Assembly: GCA_963803805.1 (NCBI GenBank)
Contig: CAWDOD010000011.1
Coordinates: 96,001-160,000, forward strand
Length of the DNA stretch: 64,000 bases
Direction: 5' to 3'
Source of the DNA: an uncultured cyanobacterium
GTDB lineage: Bacteria > Cyanobacteriota > Cyanobacteriia > Cyanobacteriales > CAWCAG01
The notes below the pieces were generated by a model. The model searched no databases. It was not told the origin of the DNA and worked only from the letters and a program-made list of their open reading frames with translations. Position numbers and translations under genes: made by a program. Positions 48,418 to 57,234 of this stretch are shown one piece after another (the first letter of the stretch is position 1; every line of letters begins with the position of its first letter).

Positions 48418-49476
48418 ATGAACAAACCTGTCATTATTTGTATAGATGACGAACCTACCGTACTTGAAAGTCTCAAAATAGAGCTAAAAAAAGCTCTAGG
48501 GGATGCTTATATAATCGAAGCCACAGAAGGGGGAGAAGAAGCTTTAGAACTGTTTAAAGAACTAATGGAAGATGAATATGAAGTAGCCTTAGTTCTATCT
48601 GATTATATTATGCCCGATATCAAAGGAGACGAACTTTTAAAACGTATTCATACCATTTCTCCCCAAACCCTGAAAATCATGCTTACAGGGCAAGCTGACT
48701 TAGAAGCAGTAAGTAATGCTATTAAGTATGCAAAGCTATACCGTTATATTGCTAAACCTTGGCAACCTGAAGATTTAAAAATTACCGTTTTAGAAGCAGT
48801 TCATAGCTATCTTCAAGATAAAAAACTCACTGAACAAAATACTAAGCTGCAACAAATGAACCAGCAGTTAGAAGAACTAAACCTTCATCAAGCAGCTTTA
48901 ATTAGGGAACGTACCTCTGAATTAGAGAAAGCCAATCAAGAATTACATCGCCTCGCTAATCTAGACGGTTTAACCAAAATAGCCAACCGCCGCTGTTTCG
49001 ATCAATATCTTACTCAAGAATGGCAAAGATTAGCTAAAATGCAACAACCTTTATCAATTATTTTTGCTGATATAGATTCTTTTAAAAGCTACAATGATCA
49101 ATACGGGCATCAAGCAGGGGATGACTGTCTGCGGGCTGTTTCCCAAGCCATGAGTTCTACACTCACTAAAGGTTTAGTGGCGCGGTATGGAGGAGAAGAA
49201 TTTGCCTTCGTCTTACCTAATACAGAAACCACAGAAGCTGTGCAAACGGCGATCGCCATTCAATCAGCCATCCAACAACTAAAAATTGCCCATCAACCTT
49301 CAACTGCTGTAAAGGAATATTTAACCCTAAGTTTAGGTATTGCCACAACTATCCCTCAACAGGAATGCTTGCCATCAACCCTAACCACTCAAGCAGATAT
49401 TGCTCTTTACAAAGCAAAAAAACAAGGTCGTAATAGATACTGTATTAACAAAGCAGGATCATCACAGGAAGCATGA
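48418..49476 (+). CDS. REC-GGDEF diguanylate cyclase, copy 1
   Basis: IDDE, SDYIMP and KPW; D.LT..ANRR, YGHQAGD and RYGGEEF. Confidence 0.92.
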   Translation: MNKPVIICIDDEPTVLESLKIELKKALGDAYIIEATEGGEEALELFKELMEDEYEVALVLSDYIMPDIKGDELLKRIHTISPQTLKIMLTGQADLEAVSNAIKYAKLYRYIAKPWQPEDLKITVLEAVHSYLQDKKLTEQNTKLQQMNQQLEELNLHQAALIRERTSELEKANQELHRLANLDGLTKIANRRCFDQYLTQEWQRLAKMQQPLSIIFADIDSFKSYNDQYGHQAGDDCLRAVSQAMSSTLTKGLVARYGGEEFAFVLPNTETTEAVQTAIAIQSAIQQLKIAHQPSTAVKEYLTLSLGIATTIPQQECLPSTLTTQADIALYKAKKQGRNRYCINKAGSSQEA

Positions 49477-49783
49477 CAATGATTTCTGCTCAGAAAAAGG
49501 GAATCTTTTAGACAGTATTACTGGTAACACCATGACTATACCTAGCAAGAATACACTGTAGAAACTTCAAAATACCTAACCAATGCTGCAACCTTAAGCT
49601 ATCTTTCCCAAATTTGCCATAACAAATAGTCAAGTATGATACCTTATTGGATAGTCACAAAACAATAGCCAAATTAAAGTATCAATGATATCTTTAGCCC
49701 ATTACTAAACTTAATTTTGGTTATAAACCTCAGTAGCATTCTACCGATATTCTAACTGCCCTTTCCTTTATTTTTCCCTTGTC

Positions 49784-49972
49784 ATGTCCCAAGCAGCAAC
49801 TTTAGAGATGGAGAATGAAGTGGCGGTACTACACAAGCTAGAAACACTCCTTTCTAGAAAATCCCAGCATAATTATCTCTATGAATTTACTGAAAGTGTA
49901 GTTGAACTCTTGGAGATTATAAAGGAGCTTAAAAAGCTAGTTCACAAACGCCTTGGAATCAAAAGGATTTAA
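49784..49972 (+). CDS. 62-aa ORF resembling the N-terminal half of a receiver domain
   Basis: 15/40 ungapped identities to the REC N-half of 48418..49476. Confidence 0.45.
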   Translation: MSQAATLEMENEVAVLHKLETLLSRKSQHNYLYEFTESVVELLEIIKELKKLVHKRLGIKRI

Positions 49973-50003
49973 TTAAAATTATTAAGTCTGCTGTAGCTGC
50001 CCT

Positions 50004-51062
50004 ATGAATAAACCTGTAATTATCTGTGTTGACGACGAACAAACTATCCTTGACAGCCTAGAAATAGAGCTGTCAAGGGTTTTAGGGAATGATTACCTAA
50101 TTGAAACAGCAGGTGGGGGAAAAGAAGCTTTAGAGCTGTTTTCTGACTTACTCGAAGAAGATTATGAAGTTGCTCTAGTAATGTCCGATTATATTATGCC
50201 GGATATTAAAGGGGACGAACTTTTAAAACGCATCCATACCATGTCGCCCCAAACCTTGAAAATCATGCTTACAGGGCAAGCAGATGTCGAAGCAGTGGGT
50301 AATGCCCTCAGAAATGCTAAATTGTATCGTTATATATCCAAACCTTGGCAATCAGAAGACTTAAAAATAACTACAATTGAAGCCATACATAGCTATCTCC
50401 AAGATAAAAAGTTAGCTGAACAAAACGAAAAGTTGAAACACCTTAATAAACAACTAGAAAACTTAATTAGCGACCAAGCAGAATTGATTTCTCAACGCAC
50501 CTCTGAACTAGAACAAGCCAACCAGAAGTTACATCGCCTTGCTACTTTGGATAGTTTAACCCAGATTGCTAACCGCCGTCAGTTTGACCAATATTTAGCT
50601 AGAGAATGGCAAAGGTTAATCCGAACTCAACAACCCTTATCATTAATTTTAGGGGATGTAGATTTTTTTAAAAAATACAATGATGAGTATGGTCATCAAG
50701 CAGGAGATGAATGTCTCCATACTATTGCTCAAGCCCTAGAAAAGGTTGTTGAGACTAATTCTCCTTCCCCGTATCTCGTAGCCCGTTATGGTGGTGAAGA
50801 GTTTGTCATCGTGTTGCCGGAAACAGAATATGAAGGGGCAGCCAAAATAGCTGTGGAGATTCAGTTTGCCCTACAAGAACTTAAAATTCTGCACCGTACC
50901 TCAGATGTTAGTGATTATGTCACTATTAGTATGGGCATTTCTTTGATTTTTCCCCAGATAAAGAAGTCTCCTTTAATGCTAACTAATCTTGCTGATAATG
51001 CCCTTTACGAGGCTAAAAAACAAGGGCGCGATCGTTACTGTGTTTATGCTGTACCTAGGTGA
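50004..51062 (+). CDS. REC-GGDEF diguanylate cyclase, copy 2
   Basis: Same architecture and length (352 aa) as copy 1; RYGGEEF. Confidence 0.92.
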   Translation: MNKPVIICVDDEQTILDSLEIELSRVLGNDYLIETAGGGKEALELFSDLLEEDYEVALVMSDYIMPDIKGDELLKRIHTMSPQTLKIMLTGQADVEAVGNALRNAKLYRYISKPWQSEDLKITTIEAIHSYLQDKKLAEQNEKLKHLNKQLENLISDQAELISQRTSELEQANQKLHRLATLDSLTQIANRRQFDQYLAREWQRLIRTQQPLSLILGDVDFFKKYNDEYGHQAGDECLHTIAQALEKVVETNSPSPYLVARYGGEEFVIVLPETEYEGAAKIAVEIQFALQELKILHRTSDVSDYVTISMGISLIFPQIKKSPLMLTNLADNALYEAKKQGRDRYCVYAVPR

Positions 51063-51153
51063 TAGGGAAGTAATAAGTAATAAGTGAAGAATTTGCTGTT
51101 GCCTAATTGAAAAGTAGGGTGGGGAAATGGGGAGCTAGGGAGATGGGGAAAGC

Positions 51154-51555
51154 TTACGTTTTTTGATGTTTGACGGTGATGACTGTATGTACGTTGCCTC
51201 TGGGAGTGAAATCTCCTTTCACTATTGCTTCTAGGGGATCACAAGCAGCTACAAAGTCGTCTAAAATTTGGTTAACTGCTTCTTCGTGGGGAATATAGCG
51301 ATCGCGATAACTGTTGATATAAAGTTTAAGAGATTTTAATTCTACCACCTTCCCATCAGGAACGTATTTAAGATAAATAGTAGCAAAGTCAGGATAGCCA
51401 GAAAAGGGACATTTACAAGTAAACTCAGGTAAAGTGATGTCAATGTCGTAACGCCGCCCTAAGCGAGGATTAGGAAAAGTAATTAACTTTCCTTGGGCAA
51501 TTTCCCTTTCACCATATTTAAGATCTTTTTCTTTTTCTTCTTGTTTTTGGCTCAT
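51154..51555 (-). CDS. queF: 7-cyano-7-deazaguanine (preQ0) reductase
   Basis: PEFTCKCPFSGYPDFA, VELKSLKLY, HEE and PRG motifs. Confidence 0.95.
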   Translation of the reverse strand: MSQKQEEKEKDLKYGEREIAQGKLITFPNPRLGRRYDIDITLPEFTCKCPFSGYPDFATIYLKYVPDGKVVELKSLKLYINSYRDRYIPHEEAVNQILDDFVAACDPLEAIVKGDFTPRGNVHTVITVKHQKT

Positions 51556-51749
51556 AATTCAAAATTTATTTTTATCAATTTTCATTTAACCTGTGCTGTT
51601 ACCTCAAGGATCATTGATAACAGATGGGCAACCCAGTTTAAAACCTGATTTGTCAATCATACTTGGAAAACAACTCCCCCCCTACAATTGATAACTGTTT
51701 GGCTTGCAGTCGTCGCTAGACATCATTGATAATTGAAAAACTGATTTCT

Positions 51750-52658
51750 ATGGCACATAACCATCACCACGAACATCAACCAGCTAACTATAACCGCGCT
51801 TTTATTATTGGTACTATTCTGAATATTGCTTTTGTAGTTATTGAAGCTTTGTTTGGTATTTTTACTCAATCTTTAGCTTTACTCGCCGATGCCGGTCATA
51901 ACCTTAGTGATGTGTTCGGTTTACTGCTTGCTTGGGGAGCAAGCTGGTTAACTCAACAACAACCCACCCAACGCTACACCTATGGATGGCGACGTTCTTC
52001 AATTTTAGCAGCTTTATTCAATGCAATTATCCTCCTGGTAGCCATGGGAGGGATTACTTGGGAAGCCATCAGCCGTTTTTCCCAACCAAGTCCTGTACCT
52101 GCTTTAACTATTATTATTGTTGCTTTAGTAGGAGTTGCTATTAATACGGCTACCGCCCTTTTATTCTTTTCTGGCCGCAAGGAAGATTTGAATATTCGCG
52201 GTGCATTCTTACACATGGGTGCTGATGCTTTAATATCTTTTGGGGTTGTCTTAGCTGGGTTAGGTATTATGCTTACAGGCTGGTTGTGGTTTGATGCAGT
52301 AACTAGCTTAATTATCGTCGTTGCGGTAGTAGTGGGAACCTGGCAGCTATTGATGGACTCTATTAAACTAGCCCTAGATGCTGTACCTCAAGGTATTGAA
52401 CCGCAAGCTGTACGAACTTATCTATCTGAACTTCCTGGAGTAACTCAAATTCATGACCTTCACATTTGGGCTATGAGTACTACACAAACTGCCTTAACAG
52501 CACATTTAGTAATGCCGAAGGGTTATCCAGGGGATGTTTTTTTAACTCAAACCTGTGGGGAATTAAAAAAACATTTCGGAATTGATCATGCCACTCTGCA
52601 AATAGAAACAGGAGATCCTAATTATCCCTGTAATTTAGCTCCAGATCATAAAATTTGA
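51750..52658 (+). CDS. Cation diffusion facilitator (CzcD/ZitB-like)
   Basis: His-rich N-terminus; SLALLADAGHNLSD, FLHMGAD and HDLHIW motifs. Confidence 0.92.
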   Translation: MAHNHHHEHQPANYNRAFIIGTILNIAFVVIEALFGIFTQSLALLADAGHNLSDVFGLLLAWGASWLTQQQPTQRYTYGWRRSSILAALFNAIILLVAMGGITWEAISRFSQPSPVPALTIIIVALVGVAINTATALLFFSGRKEDLNIRGAFLHMGADALISFGVVLAGLGIMLTGWLWFDAVTSLIIVVAVVVGTWQLLMDSIKLALDAVPQGIEPQAVRTYLSELPGVTQIHDLHIWAMSTTQTALTAHLVMPKGYPGDVFLTQTCGELKKHFGIDHATLQIETGDPNYPCNLAPDHKI

Positions 52659-52681
52659 ATATTTGAATTAAGGATATTTTA

Positions 52682-53815
52682 ATGAAACTAAAACTAATTT
52701 TATTTTTAACCGCAGCTATTTATTTACCAGTGCAGTTACTAACTAAAGTACCTGCTTTGGCTGCACAAACTGAAGTCATAAAGCAAGATTCTTCAGAGTT
52801 ACTCCTTGCCCATTATAATCCTGCCATACTTGAGGCCTTAAACCAAGCGATTAAAGAAGATCCTGATAATGCTGACGCTTATAAAAATCGCGGTTTGCTT
52901 CACCTTCATGTGGAAGATTATGAAAAGGCGATCGCTGATTTTAATCAGTTTATTCGTCTTAAACCTCAAGAAGCTGAAGGCTATAACTTACGGGGAACAG
53001 CTCATTTTTGGACTAATGAATTTAAAGGAGCTTTAGAAGATTTCAACCAAGCTCTTGAACTTGATGATCAATTAGCTTTTACCTATTTTAATCGTGGCTA
53101 TGTAGAAAGAAAATTGGGTAACAGAGAAGCTGCGATCGCCGATTTTAAGAGGGGAGCTTCTTTAGCCAAAGAACAAGGGGAAATAGAAGCTTATCAACAG
53201 GCATTACAGATAATTACTGAACTCGAACAAGCGCCACAAATGAGTGCTGAGGAATTTATTGAGCGGGGAATTATCAAAAGTCAAGAAGGAGATTCTTTAG
53301 AAGCGGTTAATGATTTTGATTCAGCCTTAGCCCTAAATCCTGAACTGGTAGAAGCTTACTCTAATCGAGGACTTGCTAAAGTACAATTAGGGGATTATGA
53401 AGGAGCAATGATGGATTTTAATCAAGCTTTAACCCTAGATCCTAATAATGCTAACGCCTACAATCGGCGCGGTAATACTTTTGCTACCTTTGGGGAGCTT
53501 ACTAAAGCAATGGCGGATTTTAATCAAGCTTTAGCCCTAGATCCTAACCATGCCGACGCTTATTACAATCGTGGTTTAATTCGCACCGAATTAGGAGAAT
53601 ATCAAGAGGCGATCGCCGATTATGATCAGGCGATTAAACTTAACTCTTCTTTAGCTGAAGCCTATGGCAACCGGGGGCTTATTTATTATGAAAAAGGAGA
53701 AACCCAAAAAGCTTTAGCTGACTTAAAACAAGCAGCACAACTATTTCAAGAACAAGAAAATATAGTTGCTTACCGTAAGACTATTTATAACATTCAAATG
53801 ATAGAAGAAGAGTGA
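52682..53815 (+). CDS. Secreted TPR repeat protein
   Basis: Signal peptide; repeated AYxNRG...AIADFNQAL units in two blocks. Confidence 0.9.
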   Translation: MKLKLILFLTAAIYLPVQLLTKVPALAAQTEVIKQDSSELLLAHYNPAILEALNQAIKEDPDNADAYKNRGLLHLHVEDYEKAIADFNQFIRLKPQEAEGYNLRGTAHFWTNEFKGALEDFNQALELDDQLAFTYFNRGYVERKLGNREAAIADFKRGASLAKEQGEIEAYQQALQIITELEQAPQMSAEEFIERGIIKSQEGDSLEAVNDFDSALALNPELVEAYSNRGLAKVQLGDYEGAMMDFNQALTLDPNNANAYNRRGNTFATFGELTKAMADFNQALALDPNHADAYYNRGLIRTELGEYQEAIADYDQAIKLNSSLAEAYGNRGLIYYEKGETQKALADLKQAAQLFQEQENIVAYRKTIYNIQMIEEE

Positions 53816-53854
53816 GGGGAAATGGGGAGAATGGTAAAGATCAAAGGATATTCT

Positions 53855-53886
53855 TTACCTATTACCTATTACCTATTACCTATTAC
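53855..53886 (+). repeat. Heptamer tandem repeat (TTACCTA)n
   Basis: About 4.5 units between convergent genes; the same unit occurs near 40778. Confidence 0.8.
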
Positions 53887-53890
53887 TTAA

Positions 53891-54643
53891 TTAATAGGGC
53901 AGCCGTTCCCCATTCCAAGAGAAAAATTCACCGCTATCTTTTAGGCTGAGATTCTCGATTACATCGAGTAATTGAGTTACAGTTTGTTCTACTAGAAACA
54001 ACTTTTCTGGGGGAACATTTTTTTGGAATGGTTGAGAAAGCTGGGTATCTGTTGTACCAGGATGCAATACAGCTACTATGGTGTTGGGGCTTTTACGACT
54101 ATATTCAATGGCGGTAGTGCGCATAAACATATTCAAAGCTGCTTTAGAGGCGCGATAGCCATACCAACCACCTAAGCGATTATCACTAATGCTGCCAATT
54201 TTAGCAGAAATGGTTGCTAACACATTGCGATCACCATGACGCAACAAAGGGAGAATCTGCTTTGCTAACAGCACAGCACCAATACTATTAACTTGGAAAT
54301 AACGTAAAAGATACTCCTGGTTAAGCTGCTTTAAGCTTTTTTCTGGTTGTAATTCCCCTTCATGCAGAATTCCTACGCAGTTAACAACTAAATGTAATTT
54401 ATCTACCTCACTGCGGATCTTCTCAACTCCTACAATAATTTGCGACTCATCTGTAACATCCATCCCCAAACAAACTAACTTAGCGGGATACTTATTTTGT
54501 AGTGTAAGTAACTTGGTAGCTGTTTCTTGGCGGCAGTAAGTTGCAAAAATTTTTCCTTGTTCTTTATTTTGAAGTAGTTTTCTGACAAAACCTAGACCAA
54601 TACCTCGACTAGCCCCCACAATAAGTGAAGATGTATATTTCAT
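53891..54643 (-). CDS. SDR oxidoreductase (CsgA/C-factor-like)
   Basis: GASRGIG, GGWYGYRASK and LHPGTTDT motifs. Confidence 0.9.
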   Translation of the reverse strand: MKYTSSLIVGASRGIGLGFVRKLLQNKEQGKIFATYCRQETATKLLTLQNKYPAKLVCLGMDVTDESQIIVGVEKIRSEVDKLHLVVNCVGILHEGELQPEKSLKQLNQEYLLRYFQVNSIGAVLLAKQILPLLRHGDRNVLATISAKIGSISDNRLGGWYGYRASKAALNMFMRTTAIEYSRKSPNTIVAVLHPGTTDTQLSQPFQKNVPPEKLFLVEQTVTQLLDVIENLSLKDSGEFFSWNGERLPY

Positions 54644-54679
54644 CTCAAATTTGCCAAACTATTTATCAACATAATTGCC

Positions 54680-55138
54680 ATGTCCAAAACTGTAGCCGAT
54701 GTTATGACCCCAGATCCAATTACAGTAAAACCCCAAACTTCTCTAGGGGAGGCCATTAAGATTTTGGCCGAAAAGCGCATTAGTGGTTTATTGGTGGTGG
54801 ATGAAGAGGAAAAAATCTTAGGTATTCTTTCAGAAACTGACTTGATGTGGCAAGAATCAGGAATAGATCCCCCACCATATATCACATTTCTTGATAGTAT
54901 CATTTATCTCAAAAATCCTACTCGTTACGATAAAGATATCCACAAAGCTTTAGGTCAAACGGCGGGGGAAGTAATGAGTGAAAAACCCCTTACCATTGAA
55001 GCCACTCAACCTTTGCGGGAAGCGGCTAAGTTAATGCACAACGAAGAAGTGAGGCGCTTACCCGTGGTTAATGATGCCGGGAAGTTAGTTGGCATCATTA
55101 CCCAAGGGGATATTATTCGCTCTATGGCAGCTAGTTAA
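54680..55138 (+). CDS. CBS-pair protein
   Basis: VADVMT..GILSETD and RRLPVV..GIITQGD. Confidence 0.9.
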   Translation: MSKTVADVMTPDPITVKPQTSLGEAIKILAEKRISGLLVVDEEEKILGILSETDLMWQESGIDPPPYITFLDSIIYLKNPTRYDKDIHKALGQTAGEVMSEKPLTIEATQPLREAAKLMHNEEVRRLPVVNDAGKLVGIITQGDIIRSMAAS

Positions 55139-55152
55139 GGTAATTCAAAGCT

Positions 55153-55659
55153 CTAATTCTCTTCAGGGCGAGGGCCTCTGGGGCGATCTTCACTCCTGCG
55201 CTGTTCCTTCAACTGTGTTAGTTGGGAACGTTGTTCGGGGGTTAAAACTTCGTTAACCTTAAGCATAGCTTCAAAACGGCGATCGCTAAGTTGTTGGTGC
55301 AAATTCTGCATTTGTTGATGCTGTTGTCGTAGCTGTTCAGCAGAAGCACCATTAGCCATCAGGGTTTCCATTTCTTCTTTAGCTGCCTTCATTTGCTCTC
55401 GCAAATCTTGGCTACCTTCTTTTGACTCTTGATGAATCGCCTTGATACGTTCTGATTGTTCAGCAGTTAAATTAAGTTCTTGTAACCAAGGGGGTCCATT
55501 TTCCGAACCTCTACCTGATTTTTCACCTCTAGGGCTTTGGGCAACTAGTTGTGAAGATTCAGCCTCAGAACTGTGTAATTCTGGATGAATAGCAGCAAAG
55601 GCAGTCATAGGAACAATTAAGCCACCTAATGCGATGATAGAAAAAGCTCGCCAGTTCAT
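55153..55659 (-). CDS. Spy/CpxP-family periplasmic chaperone
   Basis: Signal peptide; LTAEQ and LTPEQ (LTxxQ) motifs. Confidence 0.88.
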   Translation of the reverse strand: MNWRAFSIIALGGLIVPMTAFAAIHPELHSSEAESSQLVAQSPRGEKSGRGSENGPPWLQELNLTAEQSERIKAIHQESKEGSQDLREQMKAAKEEMETLMANGASAEQLRQQHQQMQNLHQQLSDRRFEAMLKVNEVLTPEQRSQLTQLKEQRRSEDRPRGPRPEEN

Positions 55660-55873
55660 AGTTCAGTCTTTCCTAATTTGATTGAATGTGTGTGAGGTAC
55701 GATTAATTCAATTCTAGGAAATAACTTCTCTAACTGACCTGGATCAAACCTCCCAAATTGATTGTAACTAAAGTACTATTTTGACTCTGGTACTTTTGGC
55801 CTAGATGACAAGTTTGCACGAAACAGGCCAACAAACAATACAATAACTGAGGTTCTTCATCACTGCCTGGGGC

Positions 55874-57181
55874 ATGGTTGCTTTGATTTTAGCGATCGCA
55901 TTACTAATTTTTACCTTGATTCTGGTTCTATGGCAACCGAAGGGTTTGGGTATAGGCTGGAGTACTTTACTGGGGGCATTTCTGGCATTAGTAACAGGGA
56001 TTATTAAGTGGGGAGATGTTGTAGTTGCTTGGGAATTATTAGGTAATTCCTTCCTTACCCTCATAGCTGTTAGCATTATTTGTTTAATCCTTGATGAGGC
56101 TGGTTTTTTCAGCTTGCTAGCCCGTCCTATCGCTTTGTTAGGATTGGGCTTAGGTTGGTGGCTATTTTGTCTTATGGCTTTAGTTGCTGCGGTGGCAACA
56201 GCCCTGTTTACCAACTATGGCAGTATTTTAATTTGGACACCAGTTGTCATGGAAACCATGCTGGTATTGGGTTTTCGCCCCAAACCTACCTTAGCCTACG
56301 TTCTTGCTACCGGTTTTATTGCCGATGCTGCAAGTTTAGCTTTGCCTTTCAGTAACTTAGTTAATCTTTTTGCTATCGACTCTTTTCAAGTACCTTTGGT
56401 TCGCTATGCCATAATCATGGTTCCCATCCATTTCGTCGCCTTAACCATTAGTTTTGGGGTGCTGTGGTTCTACTTTAATTTGCTAATTCCCCCTACCTAT
56501 GAACTTGCCCAAACAAACCCCGCTTCAACAGTTATTCGTGATCCTTTAGTTTGTCGTTGGGGTTTGATGATTCTCGGTTGGCTATTACTTGGTTACTTCG
56601 TTCCCCATTTAACCTGGTTAATCGCTTGGTTAGCTGTCTTATTCCTCTTTACCTTAGCAGGACGTTGGTTTTATCCTGGACGTGGGATTTTATCCTCAAA
56701 GAAGTTATTCCAGCAAATACCTTGGCAAGCTATCTTCTTCACCACAGGAATGTATTTCCTGGTTATTGGTTTAGGCAATGCAGGGTTAATTCCTTTACTC
56801 AGCCAACTTTTTTCGCAATTCTCTGGCTGGGGCATCACCTTAGCTAGTATGGGAACAGGATTCACCGCCGCCCTACTTTCAAGCTTAAGTAACAATTTAC
56901 CCGTTGCGATCATTAACAACCTCGCCTTACAACAAGCCACTGCTGATCAAAGTGCGATCGCCGAAGCGATGCTATACGCTAACCTCATCGGCAGTAATTT
57001 GGGGGCAAAGTTAATCCCCTGGGGCAGTCTTTCTACTTTGTTGTGGTTAGATATCTTACGTCGCAAAGGTTTAAACCTTTTCTGGGGACATTATTGCCGC
57101 ATTCATATCGCCTTAACCATACCAGTACTATTGATTTGTTTTTTGATCCTTTCCCTTTGGCTTCCCTGGTTAGTAGTTTGA
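55874..57181 (+). CDS. ArsB/NhaD-family transporter
   Basis: WQPKGLGIGWS, LDEAGFF, SNLVN, NNLP and GSLSTLLW motifs. Confidence 0.8.
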   Translation: MVALILAIALLIFTLILVLWQPKGLGIGWSTLLGAFLALVTGIIKWGDVVVAWELLGNSFLTLIAVSIICLILDEAGFFSLLARPIALLGLGLGWWLFCLMALVAAVATALFTNYGSILIWTPVVMETMLVLGFRPKPTLAYVLATGFIADAASLALPFSNLVNLFAIDSFQVPLVRYAIIMVPIHFVALTISFGVLWFYFNLLIPPTYELAQTNPASTVIRDPLVCRWGLMILGWLLLGYFVPHLTWLIAWLAVLFLFTLAGRWFYPGRGILSSKKLFQQIPWQAIFFTTGMYFLVIGLGNAGLIPLLSQLFSQFSGWGITLASMGTGFTAALLSSLSNNLPVAIINNLALQQATADQSAIAEAMLYANLIGSNLGAKLIPWGSLSTLLWLDILRRKGLNLFWGHYCRIHIALTIPVLLICFLILSLWLPWLVV

Positions 57182-57234
57182 TACCATTTATCATTGAACA
57201 CTATATTCTTTATTTATTACTTTCCCTCTAATTT

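Noticed and set aside
51556-51749. Possible preQ1 riboswitch upstream of queF
   Set aside because: No preQ1-I stem-loop consensus was recognisable on the minus strand.
53400-53620. 102-bp DNA repeats
   Set aside because: Explained by 34-aa TPR units.
55763-55776. NtcA-like site GTAACTAAAGTAC
   Set aside because: The spacer is 7 nt rather than the required GTA-N8-TAC.
46348-57181. Arsenosugar cluster (TIGR04283-like GT2 plus ArsB-like transporter)
   Set aside because: The genes are about 9 kb apart with unrelated genes between, and no arsM, radical-SAM arsS or partner GT is in the window.
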